Source: Podarcis bocagei (Eukaryota). Taken from it: DNA of 64,000 nucleotides. The position numbers and the translations under genes are program-made. The stretch's first letter is position 1. Each line of letters starts with the position of its first letter. The stretch is taken from the NCBI GenBank assembly GCA_964188305.1, contig OZ076887.1. The stretch is one strand, 5' to 3'. This document shows, in pieces, positions 24,046 to 37,744 of this stretch. A model generated the notes under the pieces. It was not told the origin of the DNA and made no database searches. It worked only from the letters and a program-made list of their open reading frames with translations.

Positions 24046-24732
24046 TAGGAAGATTTTCCGAGCACACTGAGCCTGGCACTGCCATTCCTGCAGGAATGCA
24101 GCCTAGCTCTACACAATGCAAATGAACTGCACAAATGGCATATTGGAACTTATTGCCATCTACTGGTTGCTAAAGATGCATACAGCTTTTGCACAGATCT
24201 CAATACCAGTTTCCTTTTGGGCTGGTTAAAAAGAACATTTTATGATTTCTGTGTGCAGGAGAGATTTGGGCCTTTCATTGCCCAATAAAACGGTCCGTCC
24301 AGTTGAAATATGGAAGCAGATGGAATGGTGGTCGTAATTAAACACCTCCCTGGAACTGTTTCACACGTGGCTTTTCCTACACAGACAGCTTCTCCATGTA
24401 GGAAAAGGCATATGCACCCTCATGTGTGAAAAATGCATAAATGTGTGAGTTGCTACAATTACATGTGTTCAAAGGAGCATGTTTGTGATTTTGGCTATGA
24501 TCCTAAACATCTGGCCTTCATTACAGCTATGCCAATTCCATGCTGATTGCTGCCATCATTCACACATTTATTCAGCATTCACAACCTGAATGCTTAGAAA
24601 AACTGTAAGGATCATGATTTCCTGAAAAATATATATGTATTATTCAGCTGTCCCCCCCCCCATTATAATTATAATAAAAAATGGAATTCATTTATTCATT
24701 TACTTTAAAACAACTACTCATTGTCAGCTTTT

Positions 24733-24950
24733 GGAGAGCCAGAGTGATGTAATGATTAGAGTGTTAGACTGTGATTTGGGAGACCAGGGTTTGAATTGGT
24801 ATTCAGCCATGAAGCTCTCTGGGTGACTCACTCCCAGCTTAACCTACCTCGCAAGGTTGTTGTGAGAATAAAATAGGGAGAGGAGAACCATGTACCCACC
24901 TCAAGCTCTTTGGAGGAAAGATGGGATATAAACACAATAAATGAAATGAA
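24733..24950 (+). mobile_element. Old tRNA-derived SINE
   Basis: tRNA-like head (GTGATGTAATGATTAGAGTGTTAGAC...GGGTTTGAAT), core AACCTACCTCGCAAGGTTGTTGTGAG, A-rich tail; a related minus-strand copy lies near 47345-47480. Confidence 0.65.
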
Positions 24951-25192
24951 GATAGAAAATGAGAGTATTGCATTATATGCAATGGTCACCACCTGCCCAT
25001 ATACACCTGTGCACCACTGAAATGAGTGGGAGCTGTACAAGACCATGGAACATTATGTCCTTTGGTGCCTATTTTTTAGAAATGTTAAGGATTCAGTTCC
25101 ACAGCACCCAAGAAAACTTGAGGGGCATCACGTGGGTTGTTTCCGCTTGCAGCTTAACTAATTGGGCTTTATTTTTCTATAATTATGATTGA

Positions 25193-25441
<249 letters not shown>

Positions 25442-25564
25442 TAAGTGTATTTTTTAAAGATTTCCTGTGCCATCAAATAAATGCCTAATGTGAGTTATAT
25501 TAGCTACCAGTTACAGCAGATTAATCTTGAAAGGTGTTCCAGAGAATTGTCTAGTCCTGTTAGC

Positions 25565-25765
25565 TGGACGAGTTTCAGTTAGTAAGGCTTGAGGATGCAG
25601 ACAAGGTGCTTCAATTGGTCAGGGCAACCATTTGCCCTCTGGACTCTTGCTCCTCTTGGCTGATGAAAACTGGCAGGGACAGGACAGCTGGCTGGGCCAG
25701 GAAGGTGATTAATACCTCCTTCTGGGGTCCTCTTCCAACTCTGCGATTCTGTGAATCTGTGATCA
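25565..25765 (+). mobile_element. L2 RT fragment abutting a CR1 3' tail
   Basis: FQLVRLEDADKVLQLVRATICPLDSCSSWLMK-like translation, then CTTCCAACTCTGCGATTCTGTGA. Confidence 0.55.
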
Positions 25766-26228
25766 TCCATTTAATTCTATACTGATTTTAATCTGTTACA
25801 AGGTAGTGTACAGTATATGGAAACAGTTATTTCAACATTACATTTAAATAATCAAGCTGACTAAAATCACTGTTGTGGACAATAGTCCCCATTCCATGAC
25901 ATCCCAGTTTAAACAGTAAAGGTTGTATTTATTAAAGCTTGTTTAAAGGAGGTCAGAGAGGGCGTGGAAACTTTCTCTGTGATAGATTCATTCCCCCCCC
26001 CCCAATTAATAAGTATTTTAATTGTTGCTAATGTATTCTATAGCATAAATGGAATATTTCATAAAACTGCTATTGCCTATAAAAGAATAAGATAGTACAA
26101 CAACTTTTTTTATTACTTGGATCAAAGAAAGATAATGTATTTGGGGCATTGCCAGGACTCTTTTGGAAGACCATAAGATTGAAATGTAACAAATGCCTTA
26201 AATAAAAGGAAACGGCTTTTCTTTTTAG

Positions 26229-26377
26229 GACATGCCCTGGAAGATGCGGCGTTTTGCAAAACTGGATATGTCTGCAAGGTTAGAGCTACAGTCAGCCCTT
26301 GATGCAGAAATACGAGCCAAACAAGCCATTCAAGAGGAGTTAAATAAAGTTAAAGCTTGCAATATTGCAACAGAATG
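26229..26377 (+). CDS. CDC42BPA: Exon, DMPK-type coil ([28 protein letters not shown]...), 149 nt
   Basis: tttttag|GACATG; ATG|gtaaga. Confidence 0.94.
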
Positions 26378-27497
26378 GTAAGAATTGGTGGTTCTAATGT
26401 TCTAGCTTGCAAAGACTTTTCTACAAATGACATACTGATAAATCCTAAAATATATCGCCTGTCAAACTATAATCCTACAGTTATTCATGGCAGCCTGACT
26501 TAAAAGCAAAAATTATCCTTCTATAATTTGTAGTTAATTGAATCATTACTGGAAAATCTGTGCTTTTTTAAGGTGCTTCAAAGATCTTTGTTGAAAATAA
26601 AATTTATGTTGCATTTTACAACCTTAAAAAAAGCAATAAACTGCATTCCTCTGCTAGTTTACCACGATTGGCTTATGGATTCTGAAGAACGATCTTTTTC
26701 CATCACGATCCATTTTGTTGACTTAAGAAATTCAATGATCGAGGGAGCTGATTGAAGGCAGATAATTTATAGTAAATTGACTGCTCCAGGTCATATAATT
26801 TATATAAAATTCTTGTTGCAGGCAAGACTTTTTAGTTGCCTTTGAAAACTAAAAGTAGCAGCAAGAGTCCAGCTAAGTAGCAGCATGAATTCTGTTCAAT
26901 TTTCCCCATAACAGAATTCAGCAATGAAACTGGCATGAAACGTATTCTGTGACTGCTAACATAATAGCTATTTTAATAGTAATACCCGAATAGCAAGACC
27001 CAAATAGCTATTTTTCATAAAGGGGTGATGGCCAACTCGAGCTTCAATCAATGCATTTTTGAAAGGTAGCCAAAGGCTTAACAAGCCAGTATTAGACTAG
27101 AATTTCCAGAATTAGTTACTGGAGTTGCATATTGGAACATGCATCTCCACCAGTAAACATTACAGTTGCTAGGAAATGGCCACCAAAAATAATCAGTGCT
27201 GTATTTTAAAATAGAGATCATTTATTCCCATGCCTGCTGCTCATACTGTTTTTCATAAACAGAGACTAGAGCCAACTCAAAGGATATTCAGAGACAATCA
27301 CTAATTCCTTTTTCAAGGTTCCTTGCTACAGTAGCACTCACTTCCATGTTTTGTGTTATACTTCTGACAGTGTGACGTGGCTGACATTGATCTTGACTGA
27401 ACAGTGCTGAAAAAAATATGTTCAAGTAACGATTAAATAACATGGCCCTTACTAATTGGATCTCTCTCTATCTCTCTCTCTTTTTATTTGTATAAAG

Positions 27498-27589
27498 CAA
27501 ACTACAGGAATCTGACAAGAAGAACTCTGACCTATTGTCAGAAATAGAGAGACTGAAAAAAGAGACAGAAGAACTCCGATCAGAAAAGG
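27498..27589 (+). CDS. CDC42BPA: Exon (KLQESDKKNSDLLSEIERLKKETEELRSEK), 92 nt
   Basis: ataaag|CAAACTA; AGG|gtacga; phase 2-1 fits neighbours. Confidence 0.9.
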
Positions 27590-28102
27590 GTACGAGAATT
27601 GGTGTCCAAATAAAGGAAGGCAAAATCCACTCCACAGCAGTTGGGTATATCTTATCAAATAAGAATGGCGTCTTAGAGTGTGCTGACAGAATATGGATTT
27701 TGGCTTCTAAGATACCATCATAGCTCTTACATGATAAGATGTACCCAAGCTGTTATAGAAATACAGAAGGACAGTTGTCTTGGTTCATAAAGTCTTTATT
27801 CCAAATCCTTTTGTTTTTGTACTATACAGCAGTTGATCACTATTTACTAGAAAGTTGCTGGCATAATGAGTAGTTACAACTCAGATATTTTATGTATCGT
27901 ATGGTGAAGAAATCATTTAAAATGTGCCAATTCTTTTGATTTAAGCTACAAGCCACCTAGAGTAGTCTTATAGAGTGGGAAAATAAATTATAAATTATTT
28001 TCTCAAAAATAAATGTCTTATCGATTGCTCCTACAATCATTCTGTTTGTTTGTTTATTTGCTTTGCTCTTCATCTTTTACCAGTGCCATTCTGGGTTACA
28101 AC

Positions 28103-28533
28103 CAGTGCTTTTTTCTGTTGGCACAGTGTACCACCACCTCTTCCCCCCAGCCACCATCTTGCCACCACCGCTTGCCCGCCCCCCAACTCACTTGCTCCTC
28201 TCTCCCCACACACCTTTGCCACTTGCTCCTCCTCCATCGCTGCTGTTTCCTGCGGCAGGTGCCTGGCAATCACCAAGTTACGATCACCAAAGCGCCTCTG
28301 CTCTGGTGTGACTTTTACGATTGTCAGGCACTTTCCCTGAAAGTGGTTTGGCGATTGTAAGGGTTGCACCAAAGCGCCACTAGGAGGCTGTGCCTTCAGC
28401 AGGAAGCAACAGTGACAGAGGAGGAAGCAGCAAAGGGGGAGGGAGCAAGAGAGCGGGTGGAGCAAGCAGGGTGGTGGTGTGTACTGGCACCTATTATTCA
28501 AAAAAACAACAACAACAAACCCACAACCCACTG
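28103..28533. mobile_element. hAT-like non-autonomous element, 431 bp
   Basis: 8-bp direct repeat GTTACAAC at 28095-102 and 28534-41; ends CAGTGCTTTTTT ... CACTG; GC-rich interior. Confidence 0.72.
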
Positions 28534-29690
28534 GTTACAACTTAAACAATACCACAATCGGGGTGAACATTAAGATACAAAAGGTTGATTCCTTCATGTA
28601 CTGTCATCCTATTCATTTTAATTGCTATGCCATTTTGCCCCATTGATGATGGTGAGTTTTCATGATCAAAATATGTGTTTACTTAGCTGAGTTACATACA
28701 TCCGATTTAAGCCCATGGGTGCTTCTTATTAGCTGCTCTTTCAAAAGGGCACTGTCCTTCAGACAAATCAGCAGTAGGGTAGAATACAGTACTGTTTGGA
28801 TAGCTTCATAGTGGGGAATCTCCTCTGAAAAACTGTCCATGGAACACTAGTTGCACTGGACAAATGTTTCACTCAGTTTAAATTTAAAACCACCCAAGAA
28901 AAAGCCCAGAAAGTTATATTTGTTGGAGGAGTAGATAGAAGTGGATCCCTTTAATGGTAGAGTGTGGTAAGAACTGTATTTGTGAAAGGAGAGATAAGGG
29001 GACCAAACCAATATAGCTCCGTGAATCTGTAAACTTAACCTTACTCTGGCTTAGGTTGGATCTAGACACATCAAAAGAAGTGATTCAGTTAAACACGTTG
29101 TAAGCTCATACAGGGGAATCCGGTAGGGAAAGATAGTCCCTTCAGAATGTCATCTGGTGTCACAGTGTTGTATCGCATATACAACGCATATAAAACACTT
29201 TTTCTTTACCAGTCTAGCTGAGTCCTTAGTTATACAATCTGATCCTAAAAAAAATGTTTCAACTGCCACGGTACTAGTGGGTTTTTTGCTGCTGCAGGGG
29301 CCAGAATTTTGTAAGCAGCTCTTGATATATAAGGCCAGAGAATAGTTCTCAGATTCAGTGAGGTTGTGCACTTGCACCAGTACTGGAAATCTTCATTGTA
29401 TCCAGAGGATGTCGGTCTAAGAATTTTAAGTACAATGGTTATAAGTATGAGGAATAGAAAAAGATGCTAAGAAATTAATATGCAAACTTAATTATTTTGA
29501 GATCTTGTTGCAAATGACATGATGTTGTACTTTGGAGTGTTACAGCTCTGCTTCCTTTTTCTTTTCCTGAGCTGTGGAGCATGCTGGTGCATTTTGGAGT
29601 AGCAACAGAGATAACTCAAGAAGGACAACCCATAGACAATGACCCAGTTGGCCATTTTCTATAGGTTAAAGACTTGCTGCTGTTTTCTAG

Positions 29691-29767
29691 GTGTAAAGCA
29701 CCAAGACTCACAGAATTCTTTCTTGGCATTTTTGAATGCGCCTACCTCTGCTCTGGATCAATTTGAA
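29691..29767 (+). CDS. CDC42BPA: Exon (GVKHQDSQNSFLAFLNAPTSALDQFE), 77 nt
   Basis: ttttctag|GTGTAA; GAA|gtaagt. Confidence 0.92.
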
Positions 29768-32375
29768 GTAAGTAAACAGCTGATGTATTATATATTTTGA
29801 TATCTTATGCATATTCAGTTTGTGGTCACTACTGCTTTGAAATAATAACTACACTTATGTGTTGGGGGGGGATTCACCATGCAAGCCTATCATGTCTATT
29901 CAGAAGCAAGTCCCCTTGGGTTCAATGATGCATGCTCCTGTGTAAATGTATATAGCATCTCAGCCTTTGATCTCTAAGGAACATGTATTATTTGTCTTAT
30001 ACTTAGGTTTTGATACTGTGTTGTTTTTTATTGCATTATTTCCATGCATTGCTATAGGGATCTTTTAATTGGAACTCCCATATGTTCAAATCAGAAATTT
30101 ACTTCAGACACGTAGTAAGGCAAAAACCCTCCAGATTCTGTTATTTTCTCAGATAATTTATTTTAGGCATTTATTTTCACGTCCCTGATTTTTCAAAATA
30201 ATTAGGTTGCTGATTTCATAGAAAGCAGGGGACATATCTTAAAATAGAAATAATAGAAATAAAAATAAAAATAGAAATAATAGAAAAATAGAAATGAAAA
30301 GTATTGTGGATTCCATTGTCTTCGTTGTTCAAATAAAGTAAGGGCCCTACAATATAAAACACTTAGGTACAAATCTTATTTTAACAATATTTCTATCTCA
30401 TTCTGTTATGAATGGAAAATACAGAACAGAATAGTTTCATAAAATACTGCGACCTCTTGTCTCCCTTTGTTTTCTGAACTGCTTTCTTAGCACAGATGAG
30501 ATTAGAAAACAAAGACAAAAGTGCAAGATAATAGATTGTGTTTAAGCAACCTGCGAAATTTCACCCAAATGCCCCTTCACTTTAGGAACTGCATGCAAGA
30601 ATAGCATTGCTTTGTCCTGTTTGAGGATGATAGTGCTTTTGTGACACCAGCAAGCGTGACACCTCTTCTTAGGCTTCTTTGTATTCTTAGCCCTCAGCAA
30701 TCTACACACTTTACATTTAAGGACGCCGTGCTTAAAATGTTTAGAAAGCTCAGGACTAACACAACTATAACAACTACCACAACTATTATTTGTCCAGGCA
30801 GGTGCATTATCTGACTCATGAGAGCAGCAAAATAACCAGACCGTACAATAGTGATGGGATAAAATCAGGCCAAATCTTTATTGACACCAGCAGGCGGGGC
30901 AAGGGTTGGCATGGCATTGGGTCCCAGGATCGGTTCATCATTCCACAATGTTGATGGAATGGATCCGCTGGGTTTGGATTGCTCCAAATCTGTACAGCAG
31001 GAATCAGCCAGTGTTGAATCTTGCTGTGGTGCAAGCCAAGCAAGCAAGGTCTCACTGGCAGACCAGAGTGCAGATTCCAACCACCCAAATACCAAACCCA
31101 CACTTGGGTTTGCCATGGTCAGTCCTCCCTACGGGCCCCTTGTGGGGGGCCCCCTATAGAATGTTGATCCTGACCAATGCCATTTCCACCCTCATACAAA
31201 CAACATTCTTCCACCTAACAAAGGAAAGCCATAATTTCACCGAGGGAAAGGCGAAAAAATCCCAACCAAGTGCCAGTCGCATCGGGAGAGAGAAATTACT
31301 TTCCAGCCCAAAATTGCTCAGTTAAGGCGCTAACCCGAGGGTGGATGGGGAGATAGCTCTCAAAGCAAAATGACTGTGAGCTCCAGGGGAAGCAGCCTTA
31401 GGCTTTCCCCTCCCTTCTGCAGCAAGGACTCGTGGGACAGCTTTTTCCTATGAGCCCATCACACAGAGAAGATACTGGGCAAAATCTTGCCCAGTATTTT
31501 GCTGCAATCTATGGGCTACAGTGCCGCCAGACAAAGGCATCCCATGCTTGTTGGGCATGAAACAGGGCTTGTAAGCACAACTGAGAAATAGAACTCAATT
31601 TGGGGACGAAAGAGACACATTGGCCAAGATCACATGTTATATTCAGCCAAACCATGCTAAGCACAAATAGATCAGCCATAGTTTGGTTTAGCAAGTTGTC
31701 CCAACATGAGCTTATGGTTTAGCTCTCTCCAGGCAAGCCATGAGCTGTAACCAAGATTTGTTCTATGGTACACATTGTGCTTCATCACTATTGGGCAGAT
31801 ACCTTACTAACATGGCCACAGCAATGTACTATAGCTGAAGCAAAGGGGACTGAGGATCTAAACACAGATGAGATTATGGACTGGGGTGAAGGTCCCAATT
31901 GATTGAGGGGGCGGGGAAGCAAGGGCAAATGGAAGAAAAATTGGAGCTGGAAAAGGAAGCTGTTGCTGTCACTTGCCCAGTCACACAGATGTAGCCCATC
32001 TTTATGGCCACAGACATTTTGTTAGTTTGGATAGTAAAATCCTGCCACTAAGAAATTGTGACAATTAATGGCACATTCCACATCTGCATGATTCTCCTAA
32101 AGCTACAGCAAACCTAAAGAGTCTGTATTGTTCTAACAATCCTATGTTCCCTTGCACTGTCTTTAATATAACTAAACTACTATGTAATATTGGTGGAATA
32201 ATAGTCAGTTAACAAAAGCTGTTCAAAAGGTATACTAAAAAATAATAATATGTAAATCATTTGGAATCTTTCTTCACTTGATTTCTCAACAGTATGGCGG
32301 TGCTGGTTATTTTCACAAAACAGAAGTTTTCATCTATCTGTTTCTGTTTCTTTACTGCTCTATACGTTAAAATAG

Positions 32376-32423
32376 GATTCCTTTTCTTCTTCATCATCCT
32401 CATTGATTGATTTTATGGATGAC
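32376..32423 (+). CDS. CDC42BPA: Alternative cassette exon, 48 nt (DSFSSSSSSLIDFMDD)
   Basis: aaatag|GATTCC; GAC|gtaagt; phase 0-0; resembles a mammalian MRCK-alpha variable exon as recalled. Confidence 0.85.
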
Positions 32424-34522
32424 GTAAGTCAAACCAGCAAATTATTCAGTAGAAATCAGATTGATTTGGCAAATTTAAATAGTAATGCAGTCACTTTAAC
32501 AAGCCGTGCCATCAAGAGCATGAAAATCAACAGAAGGTTTTAGTGCTCCTGATATGTTTAAATCCTGCATATTTATCAATATAGTTCTTTTTTAATGGCA
32601 TGCATTTGTGTATGTGTCTGTTGCTTTGTTTTGCTATTAGAAGGAGCTGAGATGCCTCACACTCACTCGGCCCTAATATTTTCTACGTTGTTATTGATAT
32701 TGTTTGGTCAGAAGTTGACCTTTAAAATATATTGCTGCAATTTGGTTTTTGTTTTGGGTGAGTGTAAGTGTATTATCTTCCTTTGCTTTGTGGCTGTTTT
32801 CTTTCCTCTGCTCAGTTTCTTTCCCTTCATATCAGTGATTTCCGCAGACTTTTTGAATTTCAGATGGCAACTAAGCATTATGATTCTTAACACCATCCAT
32901 TTTTATTTTACTTTTTAATATTGGACATTGATGAAATTATTAACCTAACTGATTTTATACCAGCTAATGGATGTTTTTCAAATTGACTGCATTATTTTAT
33001 TGCAAGGATTTTAGTAGTGGATCAATAAATTAAAAACTAGGAATGTTGTAATCCCAGCTCCTTTTGAAAAAACATTCAACACAACCATGTGGTAGAAAAA
33101 AATATTCTTACCACTGAATATGGGAGTCCATAGAGAATGGTGATGTAAAGAGGGTGCAGTGAATACTCATATTCTGATAAAAAATGTTTCACAAGTATAC
33201 ATCCAGTTATTGTGTGAGTAGTACTGTGCTCTAGTGCTTGTGATGTCATCATTGTGCTTGTGATTTTCACCATTAAAGTATTTGACAACTATCTGAGTTA
33301 ATAAGGAGCAAAAAAGAATTTGTCTTTTAAAATGGACTTGAGAGTTCAGCAGTGCACTTTTCTGTCCTATTTACAGATTCAGGGTTTTATCCAACTAGGT
33401 CATACTTAGAGAAGACCTGTGGAAATCAGTGGACATCAGTTAATCCTGACTAATTTAGGTGCATTGATTTGATTTCTCTGGATCAACTCTTGACTTAGTA
33501 GGATACAAACCTTAGATTGGATTTTTATCTTCAGTACATTTCGAAGGCACTCTGATTCAACAGGGCTTAGAGGATTGCAAGCTATATAAAATAGACCTTT
33601 TGTGTAAAAATGATAGATAAGTTCTAGATACTAAACAGAGCTTCAAAACCTCTATTTTACATGAGTGTAAGAAAGGTTTTGGTTTTCTGTTGCTTACCAT
33701 TTGTTTCTGAACGGCATACATGTTCCCAATCTGCAACATTAGAACTAGCACTTCTTTGTATTTAAAATCCTTTTTAAAAAGAAAAAATGACCTTTTTATT
33801 GTAGCATAACTCCACTCCCACCTCACTCCAAATCAAAGATCCTACTTGCCTTCATTATAAGTGCTTGTTTAATTGATTTCAACTATAGTAACAGCATTGT
33901 GCATATATTTGCACATTATTACACAACAATAGTTCTATGTTCACAGTAGCTTAACTAATTTTCCAAGCACACTGATGAAATCTACCACACAACTTGAGTT
34001 TTCAGAAGATTGTAGCTGCTGAAGAGTTAGCTAATGGAGATATTGGCCCTGTTAACACATCACACTAAGCCAAACCATGGCATAGCATAAACAAACAAGT
34101 ATGTGAAAAGGAGATCATGGCTGCTTTTCACCTCCTCAGGTATTTTGTTGCTGCGTTTCTCTAAGCTAAGCTGTGATTTGGCTTATCATGCTTGTGGTTT
34201 AGCTCTCTACTGGTAAATAATGAGCTGCAACCAAGGTTTGTCCTGCACCTTTTACTCATTTGTGCTAAGCTATGGTTTGGCTCAGAGTTACGTGCAAACA
34301 AGGGGGATGTGACTAGCGGGATGTGTTCTTTCCTTCATATGCATGCTGCAATCATAAAATGGAAATTAATTTGTGCTGATTTCAAGAATTGGGGTGCATT
34401 GTCTGCTTTTATTAAGAGGCTCTTGGTAATAAATCCATTTAAGGGGGCTGTAGATGAATGGTCAGTGGATTTGTGCATCATGGTAATGCTAGGCTTCTAC
34501 CCGCTTCAGACAAACTGCTTAC

Positions 34523-34866
34523 TGTGAAGGAGAAGTCTCCACATACTGAGATTTAAAACAGCCCCTTTATGAATAATAGAATTCTCGTCTCCTGGCTGTT
34601 ACAGGCTTCCCCAAATCACAGACCCCTTCTTCAAAGTCAGTCTCTGACCTCGCTTCTCCTAGTGCCCACTCATCAGTACCCAGCCACCACCCCTCAGTGT
34701 CCAGCCAGTCCCTGGCAATGGGTAACTGTAGCCAAGCTAACTCCAGCTGGGTAAAGTCACCACAGCTGTTGAAAGGCGCTTCAAGCCACAGAGGTCACTT
34801 TACCTGATTCTTTTGAGGAAGCACCGCCCCATCCTTGCAACCTTTCCATTTGTTCTGTTACACACA
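34523..34866. mobile_element. Possible solo LTR, 344 bp
   Basis: TGTG...CACA termini flanked by TTAC at 34519-22 and 34867-70; GC-richer than its flanks. Confidence 0.4.
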
Positions 34867-35099
34867 TTACACAAGTTTGTGTTTCTCCCAGGCAAATAGT
34901 TTATATACTTAAACAAAACTATGAACAATTGCAGCTTACTTTAATTAGGCTAACAAGGAAGCATATAATTTTTCTATTTTTACTAGGGAAAGATAAGTGT
35001 CTAGGTTCGCAGCTGCACTTAACAGTAGACTGCAGATGGAAGGAGAACAAATATCCCACTGTGAAAATGAGTTCACCAAGTTTGCTTTTTCATTTTGTC

Positions 35100-35392
35100 A
35101 TTATTCCATAATTCAATATAATTAAATAAATAAAATTGGTTCAGTGCAGTTCAATGCAAGTATCAAAATATCTAGAATTAGAAATATTCCTCCCAAACTA
35201 TTCCCCCTTCCCTAGTCAGATACCCACCAACTCAGCCTCAATAGTAATTATTCCATAATTCAATACAATTAAATAAATAAAATTGGGTCAGTGCAGTTCA
35301 ATGCAAGTATCAAAATATCTAGAATTAGAAATATTCCTCCCAAACGATTCCCCCTTCCCTAGTCAGAAACCCACCAGCTCAGCCTCAATAGT
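35100..35392. repeat. Tandem duplication, 2 copies, period 147 bp
   Basis: Unit 1 35100-35246, unit 2 35247-35392; 5 substitutions counted by eye. Confidence 0.95.
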
Positions 35393-37705
35393 TCCTGGGT
35401 CTATCAATATGTCCATGCACACATATACGGTCATATAGAACCATCATCCTTCACTCTTGTCCTACAATATATCACAGTAAGCAGAAGTCCTCAGACTGCT
35501 GATTTCATACTTTGGATACAGTCAGGTCAAATTCATTTAAGAAGAAAAAAAGGAGGCTAGGAAGGTGTGCAGTAATCATTGAAGACTGTCCTTGGAATGA
35601 AAGTTACGTTAATAGAAGAGTCCTGGGGTGTCTTGAGCTGAGATCCCCTCATTAGAAAGGGAAATTTGAACTAGCATAGATTTTTATAAATTTAAGATGC
35701 TTTCCATCATGTTCTATAAGAAAGAATAGTAGGGCAAGAAAAGTAAAATGTTTCTCAACCATCAGTAGGTTTATGATCATATACAAAGTTTATGCTCCTA
35801 TCGTAAAACTGCCAGATTATCCTTAACATTTTTAAGCAGTGCTAATTTTTAACAGTGGCTGTCTTCACTTTGCCCCAACCACTACAATATGATTCTATTA
35901 ACAAGGGTAGCAGATTCAGTTAAGTTGCCCTCTATTATAGGATTTTAAAAATATGTTCTAAATGCCCTCTCTGTTGTTGTTTTTTTAAAAAAAACCTGTT
36001 GAAAGCAAAGTTCATAAATCCACCTGATTCGAAAATGCACCTTCTGGGGGGCTGGGTCTGCTTCTTTTGAGACAATGCCTGCATTTCCTCCTTCTTTGAA
36101 ACCTCAGACTGTGCCATGGTGCTCCCTCTCTCTACCACCATTGAAGGGTGGTATTCAGTGGTCCTGCCTCCTCCCTCTGAGCCAAGGTGAAGGGAGCCTG
36201 CAAAACTTTGAGGAAGATTTTCATCAGAAGGGCCCAGCTCCAAGTTGGGGCCTTGAGTGGGAGAGCTCTGGTTCATGGCCTCTTCCTTGCACTCATGGTC
36301 CTCACCATGGTCCTCAGAGTGGGCCATGACAATTAGCTTCATGGCTTAACAGGAATTTTTAACCTCTGACTCTCCTGCCCTACACCATCCTGACTCTCGG
36401 TAGCAATATAATACTTGAAAAAAAGATTCTTTTATTTTATTTTTATCATTAGACCATTGAAATGTTTAAATGTTTTTTATGGTTCAGTTTTCAGTTAGTT
36501 CCCCATATTACTTTTCTTTGCAAAGAATTGCTGCCTTGTCTTCCATAGGTGAGGAGCATCACCTGAGGAACGCAGAGCTGTTTCCCAGTAATTGCATACA
36601 TCCTTGTGTATCCATCTTTCCTTCTTGATCAAGTTAAAATGAAAGCTTAGCCAAGAAGTTGGAAGGAACTGAAGTATTACCAGAGCCTTCTTTCCTTCCT
36701 ACTTTACCAGTACCTTATGGCACATTTTGTGGGGGGGAAAGAAGAGGCAGAGTAGTTTGTATGCTGGCAGCCTTATCATTTACACACTTGGCTTAGGGGA
36801 CCCCTAAATGTGAATATACAGTCATGTGTCAAAAAACTTTCATTACTGGTAAGTAACAGTATTCCTGGTGTTCCTGAAATGATTTCTTCTCACGTGGAGT
36901 CAGATCATGCTCAGTCATTTCTGTAGCCTTGCGGATGTAGTCTTGCCACAATGAACTTTCTATATAGCATCTAGGTCAAGCCTACACAGCTGCCAAATGT
37001 AACCTATTCAGCTATATATCACTGGCCACTGAGTAAATCTGGAAGGCCTTAAATTGCAAAACTGTGGGATTGCCAAGACATAGCAAGCCATAATGTATAG
37101 TTAATTTAGCAGGTCACAAGTTATTCAAGCCTATGCTGAATGACCTTTTTGTCAGTCTGAGTTGAAAGACTTTGAGCATTTCTAAGGATTTGAGCACTTA
37201 TTAGGAAAGGTTTGTATCTGCATTGTAAGCAGAACTCTTTTGGCGCTCGCATGAAAATCATGATTTGCTTTGGGGAGAAGTTCTCCCCATGACAGTAGTG
37301 GAGAGGAATTGCATCACAGAGGAAGGGGGTTAAATTGCCTCTCTCTGCCTGATAAAAACCTGATAATTATCACTCTTCCCCAGCTGATGTTATTCACCTT
37401 TTTTTAAAAAAAAAAAAAACCATGTTAAATACAAAGATACATTTAACCAACTTTCTGTTTAGTTTGGCCCTTAAAATAGTTGTGAGAGAAGTGAGTGTTA
37501 TGAACATACAAGTTTGAAAAATTGTTCTCCTGTATTTAGTTCTTTTGGTTTCCTTTTGAAAAAGAATTCCCTATTACATGTCTCTGTCCTCACAATTCAA
37601 AGTATTGTACATATTACTGTATGTGTCTTGTGATAGAAATTTGGATCTGGATTATGTGCCTTTCTGTTTCGTTCTGTTAACAGTCTCCTCCTTTCTCTGT
37701 TAAAG

Positions 37706-37744
37706 CGCTCTCCTTCCTGTATTCCAGCTCACAAAGGCAGACGT
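37706..37744 (+). CDS. CDC42BPA: Alternative cassette exon, 39 nt (RSPSCIPAHKGRR)
   Basis: gttaaag|CGCTCT; CGT|gtaaga; phase 0-0; resembles human RSPSCTPASKGRR as recalled. Confidence 0.87.

Noticed and set aside
35935-36342. 135-aa minus-strand ORF
   Set aside because: No recognisable domain; probably a degraded repeat; boundaries not definable.
37684-37705. Upstream alternative acceptor (ttaacag) for the 39-nt exon
   Set aside because: Adds 22 nt and breaks frame; no supporting evidence.
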